Source: Macrostomum hystrix (Eukaryota > Animalia > Platyhelminthes). From it: DNA of 64,000 nt. The notes below the pieces were generated by a model. It did not search any database. It saw nothing but the letters and a program-made list of their open reading frames with translations, and was not told the DNA's origin. This document shows, piece after piece, positions 23,388 to 36,851 of this stretch. The stretch covers positions 17,484,001 to 17,548,000 of the forward strand of contig CATNEN010000001.1 of the NCBI GenBank assembly GCA_950097015.1, read 5' to 3'. Numbering within the stretch: position 1 is the stretch's first letter; each line of letters starts with the position of its first letter. Position numbers and translations under genes: made by a program.

Positions 23388-26300
23388 TAGGGGTCGCAAT
23401 CCCGGGAACCTGGGATTTAGACATTTTTCGGGATTACGGGATCCCGGGATTGGAAGTCGGGATTGCGTCGGGATTCGGGATTCGGGAATTAAATATTGAA
23501 AAGTGAAAAGTAGAAAATGAGTTACTGAAATAGTAAAAAACAAGATATTATGATGGTATGGTATGGTACAAATGCAGTGCATTACAAATTATGCAGTGAA
23601 GGGCTGTCCAGAAAGACAGCAGGGAATCAGGAAGGGATAGAATAAACTCCAACCAACTGCTGTCATTGGTCAGACTTAGAGGCAGCACTAGCAGGCAGAC
23701 CCCTGGGCCTGGCCCCTGGGACAGAGAGAGAAATGAACCTTGCTAAGATAGGCTGGGGTGGGGTCTGGGCTCTGGGTCTATGGTTGGGTTTGGCTGGGTG
23801 GGTGGGCTAGAGGGGAATGAGAGCTTTGTGCATGTACACCGTAGTGTATGTACACTTTAACAATCTGCTCTGCATCTGCATGAGGTGGTGGGTGGAGGGA
23901 GGCGGCCTGGAGGGTGGATGGCTGGATAGGGCTGGAGGCTTAGCTTGCTATTTAATGGTTGCTTCAATTCATGGGCCAATCTGCAATCATGGCTCAGGCT
24001 CACGCACGTCACTCAACCACAAGTCAACAAGTCACCTCACAAGTCACAAGTCACAACACAAACAAGGCATTGCCCACGGGCCACTGCCACTGCCCAATTC
24101 CTATGGCCAACAAGTCCAAAGCGTGGAAGAATTTTGAACGAGTAAACTCTGATGAGGCTCGCTGTCAACTATGCCTCAAAACTATTGCAACAAAGGGCAG
24201 CTCAACTAAAGGACTAATCACTCATCTTCGCACAAAGCACAACATAACAATAGAACTAGAAGAGACTTCTTCAAAACGTGCCAATGCCAACATTAGTCAA
24301 GGTGCTCAACCTGAAGCCGAAGCTCAAGCCAAACCTGGGGAAACATCGACTTCGGCAATGGACAGCGCACCTGTTTCCAAGAAGGCAAAGACAATTACGA
24401 ACTACTTTCAACCCACTGCCGTGACGGAAGGTGAGCTTATGATAGCTCGACTAGTTGCGAAGGATAACTTGCCGTTTAAACTGTTTGTCTCCTCGCAGGA
24501 TCTTAGGTCTGCCTTATTAAGTCGAGGGATCAAAGTGCCAACTTCTGCTAATACAGTGAAAGCAAGAGTACTCGAGTTTGCAGCGAAGGTTGAGATGATG
24601 ATCAAGCAAGGCGCTTTGCGCTAACATTTGATGAGTGGACAGGAAGCAACAACAAGCGGTTCATGAACATCAACATCCACTTTAGTGACCGCACTGTCCA
24701 GAACCTTGGTCTCATTAGAATATTGGGCTCAGCAACCACTTCATATCCATTGAAGTTGCTCAATGATCGATTAGCAGTCTTTGGCATTGGCCTAAATCAT
24801 GACATCATTTGCTGCACAACCGATGGAGCATCTGTCATGAAGCGCTTCGGTCGAGAGTCTGGCACTGAGCACCATTTGACTATGCACATGGAGTCCACCT
24901 TGCATTTTGTGATGTGCTTTATGCAAATAAATCATCATCCATTGTTGAAGTCGCTGATGTCGAGCCAACGCAACAGTTCGGAAGATCAGGGCTGTTGTGA
25001 AAATCTTCCGCCGAAGTCCACAGAAGAACGAAGTCCTTCAGCACTTTGTCAAGCGAGAATTCGATAAGGAGCTCAACCTACTGCTTGATTGCCCGACACG
25101 ATGGAACTCATTGATTCAGATGTTGGAGCGATTCGTCCAGATCCACCATCAGATTCAATTGGCACTGGTCGTTCTGGACATTAAGGAATGCTTTGGACAG
25201 AGAGATGTTGAAGTTGCTGAGCAGCTGATTGCAGCTTTGAAACCCATAGAGTTGGCAGTGAAGGCTCTGTGTCGGCAAGAGTGTGATCTGCGGATGGCGG
25301 ATGCAGCTATACGCTTCGCAATTGCAGAGCTTGAGAATCTGAGTTCTGATGTGGCAAGCGATCTAGCTGCTGGGCTTAAGAAGCGTGTAGATCAACGGCG
25401 AAGCAACATGTTGACTGCTGTCAACCTTCTGGCTCGCGGAGGTAGAGCAACGCAACAAGGCGAGTACAATGCGGTCAAGTACACTCTCGTCTCATTGGCC
25501 GAGAAGCTTCGCCTCAATCTGAAGCCAAACGATAGTGAGCTTGACGCTAATTCTGAACTTCCAAAGTCAGCTGCTCGACAAAGAGCAAATGAGCCTGATT
25601 ATGTGCACAACAAAACGACCCTAGAAGGCCGTCTGCACCAAGCCCTCAAACAGTCAACAGAGTCGACGGCCGAGACAAACAGCTTGGAGAACACAATCGG
25701 CCGTGAGCTCGAGTTTCTGCGATTAACAGGTCAGCGTGGCAAGACCATTGATCTGCTGTACTGCGCGATGCTGGCTATTCCACCAACCAGCGTTGATGCA
25801 GAACGTGCTTTCTCTTCAGCTGGACTTTTTTCTGACAAAACTGCGCTCGTCAATGGCGGACAAGACATTGTCCGCACTTGTTATGCTACGAATGCACTTT
25901 CTATCCAAAGACAAAAGTAAGATCCTTTAGTTTAGTACCATCGCATTCAGCACTGACTGACACTGACTTAACTTGGTATGCTATGCTTGTAATGTAAACT
26001 GAAGCTCTGCTTGTCACTTAACCACTGACAGTGCGTTGCCTGCATGTAGTGAATAGCTAAATTTAAATTGATTTTTACAAATACTTTTTATAATGAACAT
26101 CTGATTGCTAAGTTACTTGTTACTTGATGCTTGATGGATATAGTTGTATGATGTGACTACTGGTTCTGACAACGAAGACTCTGAGCTCAACTCAGACTCA
26201 GAGTCAGAACACAAAATGTATGGCATAGCAGCAATACAATACAGTGCTATCTAAAAGCGAAAAGCGAAAAGTGAGAACAGTTTATTGGATTGAATTTTGT

Positions 26301-26558
26301 TCTTTTTTGAGTTCCTTTATTCATTTAGTAATATATTTCTATTAGGCAAGAACAATAGGGAGCAAGTTAAACAGCGTTAAAAACTTAAAATGCACAAATG
26401 GGATGCTTGTTTTGTCACCAAAATCAGAATTTATGACGCAATCGAGGTAAACTGGGAGGAAATCTCGAATCCCGAAGTCAATCCCGGGATCCCGGGATTT
26501 CCAGTTTTTTAATATCGGGATCCCGGGATTGAAAAAAGCCGGGATTTTGCGACCCCTA
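23388..26558 (+). mobile_element. Complete hAT (hobo/Ac-type) transposon with disrupted BED-finger transposase
   Basis: TIR taggggtcgcaa / ttgcgaccccta; 8-bp TSD gtcgcctt (23380-23387, 26559-26566); subterminal cccggga/gggatt repeats. Confidence 0.95.
24103..25930 (+). pseudogene. hAT transposase (BED zinc finger, DDE, hATC), frameshifted and deleted
   Basis: AWKNF..ARCQLC..HLRTKH, LTFDEWT, TTDGAS, DCPTRWNS, IPPTSVDAERAFS. Confidence 0.9.
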
Positions 26559-28169
26559 GTCGCCTTTGAGCTGGAAATGGTGTCAATAGACGCATGTGGA
26601 TGTTTGAAAGAGAGTGCTTTGTTAACTTAAAGTCAGCGTCACATTCAAAATGCTAAATCTTGATTTGCAGGATTGGAAAACGTGTTGTTTTCGTAGAAAT
26701 TGAATAAATCATGCAATTTTTTGAACCTTTAAAAGTAAATTTTGTAAAAACGGTCTTGCCAATTTTTATGTACAGAGACGAAATGTACATCCGATGAACA
26801 GCTGCATTAGTTTTGGAAAATTCGATTTTTCGAAATGGAAGGCACATTGCAGCAATTTTGACACCCGGGCCTTGAGATTACTCACAAGATTTTAGAAGTG
26901 CAATTTCTCGAATCAAGTTTGGTGTGGTTGGATAGCACTTAGAGCCCTCTTCAAAAGGACAGCATCTATGCCTGCCTGTGAAAATTGATTGAGTGTCAGT
27001 GTATGATGCAGTACTTTTAAGAAAAGCTGCATTACTCTAATAAAATGTTGCTCTTTGCCCCAATGTAATTGAAAATTGTTTAAATAGATGGGTCTAGATG
27101 TTTCCAAGAGAATGACATGTCACTTGAAGCTGTGCATCATATTTCAGATTTATAGTATTCATTTTCATTTATAAAACGGTTTTTTTTCGTGCACACAAAT
27201 AATGCAACCTTGAGTGAAAGTTGTGCTAAAATGGTTAAGTAATCGCATGTAAGTTTCGCATATAAATTGTGTGCCCAGCATTGAAATAAATATGGTGCTT
27301 TAGTCGTGGAATGTTTAAGTATCTGATAAAGTATGAATATAAAGTAAGCAGTTTTTATTGAAAGATCATCCTGTTTTTTGAGATCAACTATTTGCTTCCC
27401 ATGAAAATTGAAACCAAAATTTTATTAGTTGAAGCTTGACTTAGAATACACAGGCTACAGCCCTCCATGCATTTGTCAGTGTTTGTTTGTGGGGACGAGA
27501 TATCTGTCTTTTGAGGGTCGAATGTACATAAGCTGGGGCCAAGGCCTTCGCTTTTGCCTACGGGGATGGAATGGAAGGCTGTGCCGCCCGATCGATAAAA
27601 ATCGAGGGGGGAATCAGCCTGAGTGTCAGTGGCTTAAAGGAGGGCTATAGTGGGCCAGGCCCTCCCTTTTGTTTAATGTACATGGCCCAGCTCAGATTGT
27701 CTTATCTAAGTTTTCTCCATATACAGTGCAGAGAGGGTCCCTTCCCTTTGCGTTGTACAACTTCCCTTAGCATAAAGGCTTTTAAATTTCGAACTTTAGT
27801 TGTATTTTCTGCTACTCTTTCTTCCACCAAGTTTGCTCGACTATCAATGGCAGTTCTCAGAGTGGTGATGTCTGATCTCAGAGTGTTTTCGCTGCAACAA
27901 GAGTATTACGAACAAACTGTAAATATAGTATGTCAATCTCTTCCTTCCGCTTTGCTACGTTCAACCGGAGGTATTCCATGTTTATTTGTTGTTGGTGCGT
28001 TGCCCGCTCTAGGTCTTACAAGCGATCTTTAATGACTTTGATTTCTGCAATTTTTCGCTACATTTATATAGCGCCTGTCAAGGTAAGAAACTTAAGCACT
28101 AAGTGAGTGTGCTTCCGCGATCCAACGACTCACCTGTAAAATTAATAGACATTTTTTAATAGAAATTTT

Positions 28170-28956
28170 AAATTAGTTCTTTTTTCTTTGTTAATCATCA
28201 CAAACTGGTAAGGTTGATTCCACTTGTCATATCAAAGATTAACGAATTTCTCCTTTGAAATTATTCTGTTAGAGTTTCTTGTTGGATTTATAAAATGGGC
28301 AGGCGCAATGACCTCATTGTAAAATCTTTTTAGCCTGTCCAGTGGAATGGTTGGAAACTGGAGGATCAGATTGCAGTTCCCGCGAATTGTTTTGTTCGGG
28401 AGCTCGAACCAGTTCTGGGCGATGTATATTACGTTACAATTGTTATGTCGTCCTCTTGTAAAATAGTTTTCTATCTGCTTTTGTGGGCCTGTCATAAAAT
28501 CATTAAAGACGATCAAATGCTTTCTCCCCTTTTCTAGCTCATCTGGTTGGGGTAGAAGTTTGGACTTGGGATCAACCTGCGGATCTCCATAGGTTAACAC
28601 GTTAATGTTCTGTCAATTTTTTTTGTCTTTGAGGTGCTTTGCATATTCGGCAGCCACAATTTCTGGGTAGCTGGGAAGGCTCTTTTGGTTATTAAAACCT
28701 TGAATAATGTGTTCTGAAGTTTGTTTTGAAGTCCAGAAATCAGCATTTTATACTCATCTTGATACAGGGTGGGAGAGTAGATGTGCTGTCATAATCGATA
28801 AAGCCAGGTCTAAGAAGCATGTTAAAGACTGAATGTTTTACCTGAACCTGATGACCCAACAACAATGCATCTGAAGTGACTTAGGATTGACTCGTGATAA
28901 GAAAACTTAATCTGATTACGCGTCCAGTGAGGATTGAAGTCGTTTGAAAAGTCCAT
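28170..28956 (-). pseudogene. Polinton/adintovirus A32-like packaging ATPase relic
   Basis: Walker A CIVVGSSGSGKT, Walker B LIVFND, FTRGRHNNCNVIYIAQNWF..TIRGNCN. Confidence 0.85.
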
Positions 28957-29136
28957 TTTTACCCAGGAAAAAGAAAATAATAATTTAGAATCTCTTCGAG
29001 ACACAACTCGTCGAGACATGTGTCATTGTAGGGACTTACATATGTCATTTCGGGACTTATATATGTTTTTCGGGGACTAGTCTTGTACCCTTACATGTCT
29101 TGTACCCTCGGAAAGTATACCCTAGTCCCTTGTACG

Positions 29137-29490
29137 CTAGTCGAATTTGAAACCACTTCCTTTTTTAATGCAAGCTCTCATCTTCTCATAGATTGCAGGG
29201 TCCACACTGTCGGGGTTTGGGGCCAGCGGAGCCAGCGTTGGCTGAATATCTTGTTTAGGCCTACTTTCTGATACAGTATCCTTTATCTTTTTAGCCGCTG
29301 TGACAACACTTCCCACTGATTCAGCCACATTCTTAATATTATCTTTGTTCTCACTAATGACTTAAAAGACCCGAGCACCCTGTGCAATTATATCAGCAAG
29401 ACCATTACTTAAGCGTTCTTTCCTCGGATAGTGGCCTGCTGGGAAAAGTCTGGATCCACGCTTCATTAGATTAAGTTCCTCCTTGTCATA
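29137..29490 (-). pseudogene. Small Polinton-like ORF relic (amphipathic, GxG motifs)
   Basis: ..KRGSRLFPAG..GLADIIAQGARVF*..NVAESVGSVVTAAKKI..KKGSGFKFD, co-oriented just upstream of the ATPase. Confidence 0.4.
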
Positions 29491-29493
29491 CTA

Positions 29494-29804
29494 CGAGGGG
29501 TGTCCAAAAAGTAGTGATACTTTTGCTCGTATAGCCTTACTGCATTCCGATTACAATAGCTGGGCGAATTAATGACCAAAGCGGGATTTTTGTTGAGAAA
29601 TTAGAGCAGGCGATTCGCCTGAATCCAGGTGCTAATTACTAGGTTTATCTTAACGACTTCACTGGTTGGTCAAACGTTCCTAATGTGACAGCAGCAAATA
29701 GAAAGTTTTTTTTACAAATGGAAAGGTGCAGCAGCAGAAGTTGTGGTATTCCCTGTGAGCACGCAAAGTGTGAATACCTACAATTACGTTCTAGAAAATG
29801 TATT
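29494..29804 (+). mobile_element. Mariner 5' end fragment
   Basis: TA|CGAGGGGTGTCCAAAAAGT is a typical mariner terminus; followed by a decayed coding start. Confidence 0.55.
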
Positions 29805-29980
29805 TACCCGGTGGGACAGCTTTTTGGGGCGCAGGGTGGGGCGCCCTGCTATACGCCTTGCCGCCGCCTGGGTGCTGGGTGATTTTCCTATACGCCCCCG
29901 CTATACGCCCCCCGCCGCCTAGGCGCTAGGTGACTTTGCTATACGCCCCGCTATACGCCCACCCACCGCCGAGGCGCAGG
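29805..29980. repeat. GC-rich CTATACGCC(C) repeat cluster, probable DNA transposon terminus
   Basis: Five ctatacgcc motifs following tacccgg. Confidence 0.5.
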
Positions 29981-30459
29981 GTTTTATTAACATCACTTTT
30001 CGCGGTTTTTTTATTCTTTTCGTGTAGTACACGTGACTTGTGGTTGCAGAAAAATATTATTTTACGTTTAGCATGTCTAGTTGCTCTGAAATTTCGCAGT
30101 ATTGTTTGCATTATTTTCATAATTTTCTACTACATTTTTTACTTTTTTTCACGAATGCGAAAATATTTGGAGCAAGATTAATTCGCTATGTGCTACTATT
30201 AGTAGAAACGATAGGATACTGCTTCAGTCATATCCTATAGCTCATTCCTTCCGAAAGACCTGTACATGTAGACTGCAATTATATGACTCTGCATGACAAC
30301 TTAGTGTAATAGCTAGCCAGTATATAAAACATGGTTGCTTCTAAATTTATATTTCCTCTACATTTATCATAGAGCATGGGGACTCAAAATTCGTCGAGAT
30401 CAATCTGGATTAAGGGAGGTCACAAAATCGATTCCGTGCCTTCCCTAGATTCCCTAGAT

Positions 30460-30775
30460 TAGTAGGGTGAGAGGGAGATCAGTAGGGTGAGAGGGAGAGC
30501 GGGTAGGGTGAGAGGGGGATCAGGTAGGGTGAGAGGGAGATTAGTAGGGCGTGAGGGAGAGCAGTAGAGTGAGAGGGGGATCAGGTAGGGTGAGAGGGAG
30601 ATTAGAAGGGTGTGAGGTTAGAAGGGTGTGAGGGAGAGCAGTATGGTGAGAGGGGGATCAGGTTGGGTGAGAGGGAGATTAGTAGGTTGAGGGAGAGCAG
30701 TAGGGTGAGAGGGGGGTCAGGTAGGGTGAGGGAGATCAGTAGGGTGTGAGGGAGAGCAGCAGGGTGAGAGGAAGT
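30460..30775 (+). repeat. Purine-rich minisatellite (gtagggtgagagggag)n
   Basis: Roughly 15 degenerate 19-20-bp units with GGG tracts. Confidence 0.9.
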
Positions 30776-32401
30776 GCTTAATAACTTAAAGAGTCAGTTC
30801 AATGCAGCCATCTCATTGTGAATGGACTTTGCAAAAGCAACTGGAGCTACATCCTTCGACCTTAAGTTTGACGCTTTTAATAAAGCTAACACTGGCTATA
30901 TATAGCTATGATATATGATATATCAGATTATCATACTAAATTCCACCTCTCTTTTCTAGTCACACTCCTCAGCAGACTTCACTTTTCTTATATGCCTCAT
31001 TCACATTGTCAAATCTAATTTTGAATCAAATCCCATTTTACATAAAAGTATATTTCAAATTAGATCCCATTTTGATAGTTCATAATGGATAGCTAATATC
31101 AACGGCTAATTAAATAGCAATGGATCAATTTCTAATCTCCTTTCTTTTTCTTAATGATTCCAGTTCTCATCAGATCCTATTTCTTAGTAATCTATTATGT
31201 ATCATTCTTCATTACAAATGCATGCCTGACAATGTCTTTTAAAATAGAATAAGGCAGGTACCAGGAGTGTAGATTCATGAATCATGGGACTGGTCTTTGT
31301 CCACTAAAACATTTATTTTTATTTCTTAAATTACAAAACACATTGAAAACAACAAAACAACAACAATTGAGTGAGCATTCGGCAAAATTATTATTATACA
31401 AATGCATATCATTATCATTATATCATTATAAGTAAGAAGACACCAAATGTAGAGAATTCAATTCAATGAAAAAAGAAAAAACTGCATTGCTCCTAAAATA
31501 TTTACACAAACAGTAAACATGATGATGAACTTGCAGAAGGCTCCGCCAACAAGACAGTATCATTGCACAGTTCATTGCATTTGACTGCAAGAATAATGGT
31601 GTCAATCCTACTGCTTGTTGGCTTGCTTTACTCTGCACTGCTGGTCAGAGGCATTCACTGGGGCAAGTTAAGTTCACGCACTCAACATCACACAAAACGC
31701 TTTACTGCTTGGAAAGCATTCACAGCCGGGGTCGGCATTAAGCAAGTTTATTCACTCTTGCCACAGCACAGCTCAACATGCTTAGTCGGCCATCACAAGA
31801 TTTAAGGTCTGCGATTAGGCTGCTTCAGACCATGGCTGCATACCCTCCATTTTATCGTAGAAGAACCTCTGAATCGTGATAAGCAGCGAACACGTATTTC
31901 AACCACGTCTCTCAAGGCCCATTGATATGCAGTCAACCTGCTCCAAAAGGAACAGGATTTACGCTGATGTGACTCATTGGGCCAATGGGCAGAGCTCAAC
32001 TATCATACACCATTTACACATCAGGCGGCTTAACTTGTGATGGCGACTCACTGCAACATCTCACAGACACAATTACACAGCAACTGTCTCACCCATGCTA
32101 CACTCAATCTGAGTAGTTCAGTTTGAAATCCTTGTCCGAACCAATTACTCGTCCATAGACATTCGCGAGTCGCCGTAATGCTCAGCCACATCAGCTCTAG
32201 GCGTAGAAGTGAGGACCTGCTGGCTCCTGTATTGCCCGTCTCGGGAGAATGTAATCTGCGAAATGAAATGGGGGATAAAATCTCATTAATTAGGAAGTCC
32301 TAATATTGTTGCATACGTGTGCGCGCCCCATTTGCATCCTTTTAGACAATGGAAAATGCATAATATAGGGGTGTGGTCAGCAGCATTATTCAGTCCCTCA
32401 G

Positions 32402-33509
32402 TTAGAGGGTAGAGTCGCGGGGCAGAAAATTGGCGTTAGTTCCGTCAAATAAACTCACCTCCTTGTCTCCGAAACGCAGTCGGATTCGTTGTGCACCGTT
32501 GAATTGGCTAAACATTCGCTCGGGGTATTGCATCACCATTTCGTCATCTCGTGACGCCTTGTTCTCCTGTTGAACCCTTTGGGTCATGCGCACTGCCTCG
32601 AAGCACTGTTGGCTAGTCACAGCCTGTCTGTACCAGTCGGAAACATCAGAGACTTCGGCAGTCTTCTGGCCAATGCTGCACTTCCGCTTTCATACAACCG
32701 AGACTAACCGCTTCGGCGAACTCCTGGACTTGCGCACCTCGAATGGCCAGAACGTCGCCCACGGACCAGTTAGCCACCTTAGTGGCAGAGGTAGCCCAGA
32801 AGGTACACGATACATGGCACCCAGACTGATCCACGAGCGTCACTTTCGCTAGGTTGACCAGCTTTCCGGCACCGGTTTTCACTTCCCGCGGTTTCTCGAC
32901 GGCAGAGATTGTTCCACGAACGTCGACATTCCTGTGATGCATGGAAATGGAAAACAAATGACTAAAAGCGACTGCACGAAAGCTGCCAAGCTATAAACTG
33001 TAAACTATAAACTGCAGTCTAATAAGCCACAAAGATCCCAGAGTAAAGCGACTATAATAACCTGTCAACAATATTACTTATGAGTTAATCTGGCTTCCGG
33101 AAATCTCATTAATTTTCCTGTACATAGCTGCACGTCGAGAAACCGTCTCGTTTGTCTTCACAATAACACCAGATTTGTCAACAGATACGGTCATCTCGTA
33201 TTGGTTACCCGTACGGTTGTACGCCGAATTTGTCTTCTTTACCCAACCTCCGGTTATGCGCACGGCCTCGTCGGCTTGGCAGACGTCCAGAAGTGGCCTC
33301 AGATCTGTGCCAAACACGCTCACTCGAATGTCCCCCGTGTCATCACTTAAGACGAAGGAGAACACTTGGCCCGGTCCGTCCTTGCCGACAAAGTCCTTGA
33401 TGGTCGTCAGCATCGTCACCAGGCCGACGACAGCAACCTCCATCAGGCCCGGAAGCAGAGCAGATACGCACATTTTGCTCTTCTTGGCTTGTCCGGCAGG
33501 CGACTCCAT
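32402..33509 (-). pseudogene. RPA70-like OB-fold ssDNA-binding gene (Helitron-type), spliced, frameshifted
   Basis: GQVFSFVLSDDTGDIRVSVF and VDVRGTI..VTLVDQSG..CTFW OB motifs; GT-AG intron ~32933-33078. Confidence 0.8.
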
Positions 33510-34423
33510 CGTTAGTTTGCTATTAAGTATACAGAAAAGTATAGGAAATGACAAAACAAAAATTTTGCACTTAGATAGGGCTGTTTAGTTTGATATAAAA
33601 GTCGGTGGAAAACAAAAGCTGTCTCTTATATCTCTATATTCATTTCAAAATAACAACCCACCGTGCACTTAAAAGTGCGATGACTCACGCCACTTTCAAT
33701 TGGGTGTGGCAACCTCTGGCTTCCAGACCCCTCAAATCCACCACCCCCAATAACATAAGTGAGGAGTGGGCCCAAAAGCTGCTGACCAATAAGAAACAGC
33801 TTTGATATTAACCATGGTACAATTCCATACCCTAATGAGCTGATAAAGCTAAGCCAGTCAAAATGGCAGAACACCACCCACTGTATACACCAATCTCAAA
33901 TCACACAGCATTAAGCTGTCCTACCTCAACTACAACGTAACGTCTAGACAACACAAAAAAACTTCTAGACGCAAACTGGCTGAGACAACTTTGGACTGCC
34001 TAACAGCTCTAAGCCAATCAGAATGGACCAAGCTAATCTGCAGGGTTTTGAGCACTGGTTGAAATCCAGACCTTACAGTGGAGTATATTTATATGACGTA
34101 CAACATTGAATAGGCCCACAACCATGAAAATCAACCACAACTACTATGCCGGCGGCGGCGGCGGCGGACGTCGCGGTCGAAGAGGCCACCGCAGAGGACC
34201 CAGTAAGTAACATTGTGTCTGCCTATAATTCTATACATCTGCCTTGCTTGGTCATTTATTTGCACAAAGTCCTTCTGTCAGGCATTCAGTTAGACATTAA
34301 AATTGGTACAATTTTAACACTCATTGCAACATTCTTAACACTCGATTCATACAGTCTCGTGTTACCTCTGCGGTGGGCCTCACCGCGTCGCTCGCTGCCC
34401 CACCGTCGCCGAGCACCGGCGGC

Positions 34424-34620
34424 AGCAGCAACAACAGAAGCAAAAGGAAGCACAGGAACAGAGGCTGCAGGAGCAGATCCGAAGATTACGCCTGCAGCAG
34501 GAGCAGCAGCAGCAGGGGCAGCAGCAGCAGGAGCAGCAGCAGCAGCAGCAGCAGCAGGATCAGTCGAGCAGCAGCAGCAGCAGCAGCAGTAGCAGCTGCA
34601 AAAACAGCAACAGCACCAAG
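34424..34620. repeat. (GCA)n microsatellite
   Basis: Direct reading. Confidence 0.95.
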
Positions 34621-35163
34621 GAACGCAAAACGAAGCAATAATTTATTGACAATTTATAAGACAATAATAAACAATAAATTGTTGTTATAATAACTAAATT
34701 GTTGTTATAATAAATTGTTGTTAATGATTATGAACTACGATTTTGATTATTTGCTTACATTTACTTCTACTACAGATTCATTTCTTTCGCTTGGATTAAC
34801 ACAGTATTATAATAAAAGTACAGGAAGGGAAAATTGATTCATGCCAGGGGAACCATATCGTTGCAAACTTTCATGCGATTTAAAATACACTGCATAGAAC
34901 AGAGAAGGCGAATTTCAAGAACTGAGGATACTCAGTATTGTCACAAACTGTCAGTTTGTCAGCTAGCGATAATCAGTCTTAAAGACTTGCAGATCTGCTG
35001 ATCTGAAACTTCATACATTTGCAGAACTCAGAGGTACTCATTTTCATCAAATCCCAATTAAAATCTTATACTATTTGAATTGGTGCCGCAGGTATTTCAC
35101 ATAATGCAACAGATGTATCCCAGGTTTATCTCAAAGAGCAGCTCCATAACACAGCTCACTCAC

Positions 35164-36851
35164 CGAATGTGTTCCCCAGCTGGTCTTCGGTCCGGGTGAA
35201 TCACAATTCGCGCATCTCCCAGCTCAGGGTCGCCACTGATCCGCTGAGCAGCAGCTCGCAGGCTCTGCACATAGCCGTTGCACTCGTGCAGTACAGTTTG
35301 CAGCAGCTCCAGCAGCTGCGGCTTCACCTTCTGGCTGAGGCTCAGGCGGCTTTCCAGCTCGCGGTCCATGAAGTACACCTGCCAGCCATGCGGCACGGCT
35401 GAGGTGTCGGCAAGCAGCGGCCCCATGTTGTGATGCAGCTGGCCGCTGATGATGAAGCTGGGACTCCAGCCAGGCACCAGTCTGAGCTTCGCACCCAGAG
35501 AAGTCAGGTGCAGCACAGAGTTATAGCTCCTGATATTAGCCAGGAACTCTGCACTGACGCGGTGCTGCCCCGTGTACAGATCTGCCAGGACCTCCGGCAC
35601 GGAACGGGTGGGCAGCTTCACCTTGCCCTTGGCACAGCAGAAATTTCTCGTCTCCTTTGCCCACAGCAGGGCGCCGCAGTCATTACAAGCGCTGTTCATT
35701 GGGCCGAATTGGTGAGCCGGGGCTTCTGGCTTCACCGGTTCGGCATGCCTGTGAGCAGGGTTTGAGTAGGGGTTGAGCAGAGATTATAATGAGGGTGCAT
35801 AAATTTCGATTCTTTGTGTCAACATGATTTGAAACTACTAAGGGAGAAAATTACTCACCTCTGCTCAGTCTGTGCTCCAGTGTCCGAACGGGAGCTTAAA
35901 GCTGGCATTGCTCTCGGGCACTTGACTTTCTTGGCCCTCTTGACAGGAGTTTTGCTTGCTGCCAAGCTTTGAAACTCTGCATCTGAAAGGGCTTGCAAAG
36001 GCTCTCGAAGTCTCAGTGACTCGTAATGTTCATGGCGCAAGAGCACCCGCACAATGACATTAGGAGGATGCAGATTAGCCCTGAAATACTGCATAACATT
36101 ACCATTGGCCTGGTAAATGACCAGGTCCACATTAAAACAGCGGCTCAATAACGAAGCAACTTCATCTGAAACATAAATTCCTGTTTGAAAAGAGCAATTC
36201 ACAATGTCATCAGCACTCTCAGGTGCAATGAGGCCATCTGCAACCAACTGAGGCATGAGTTCTGCAACACGGCAAGACAAATCCTGCCGCAAGGAGGCTG
36301 CGTCAGTTTCCAGCGGGGTTCCACGCAGCTGATCACACACGGCATAAAAGAAGCAATTGCCATCACCAACAATGGGGATTACCTGCAAATGCTTAAAGGG
36401 TACAATAGCTTCCGTACCTTGCTGCTGGGTGTCCGACCTAAGGGGCAATGAGTGAACGTAAGCACAGCTGCCTTAATAGGCATTTTAAAACAAAACGGAT
36501 ACAAAAAATTATCCCCTTTAGGGCAATTCAGAAAAAACAAAAATAAAGACTTGATATAAAACTTTGCTATAAAACTCACCTAGAAACCACAGCTCCACGG
36601 CGACGAATCTGCTCGGCTTCCAGTCGGGCAGCCCGCTCTGCCTCAGTCTCAGCCTCTCTGCGCTGAGCATTCCGCTGCCACTGTTCTTCCAGTCGGGCAG
36701 CCCACTCTGCCTCAGTCTCAGCCTCTCTGCGCTAAGCATTCCGCTGCCGCTGTTCTTCCAGTCGGGCATCCCGCTCTGCCTCGGATTCTGCCTGTCGCCG
36801 TCGCTTGGCATCGCGGCTCTTCTTTAAACTGCTAGCGCCGCGTCGAACCAT
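35164..36851 (-). mobile_element. Helitron RepHel 5' exons: STPR-like repeats + OTU protease + Helitron N-terminal Zn region
   Basis: Exon 36851-36580 has 23-aa E.EAER.ARLEEQ repeats (one stop); exon ~36439-35859 has GDGNCFFYAV..HYESL; exon ~35749-35164 has GPM..C..CGALLW..E...CC.KGKV and FLANIRSYNS; splice phases are consistent. Confidence 0.88.

Noticed and set aside
33700-34140. LINE endonuclease fragment
   Set aside because: No diagnostic motif recoverable
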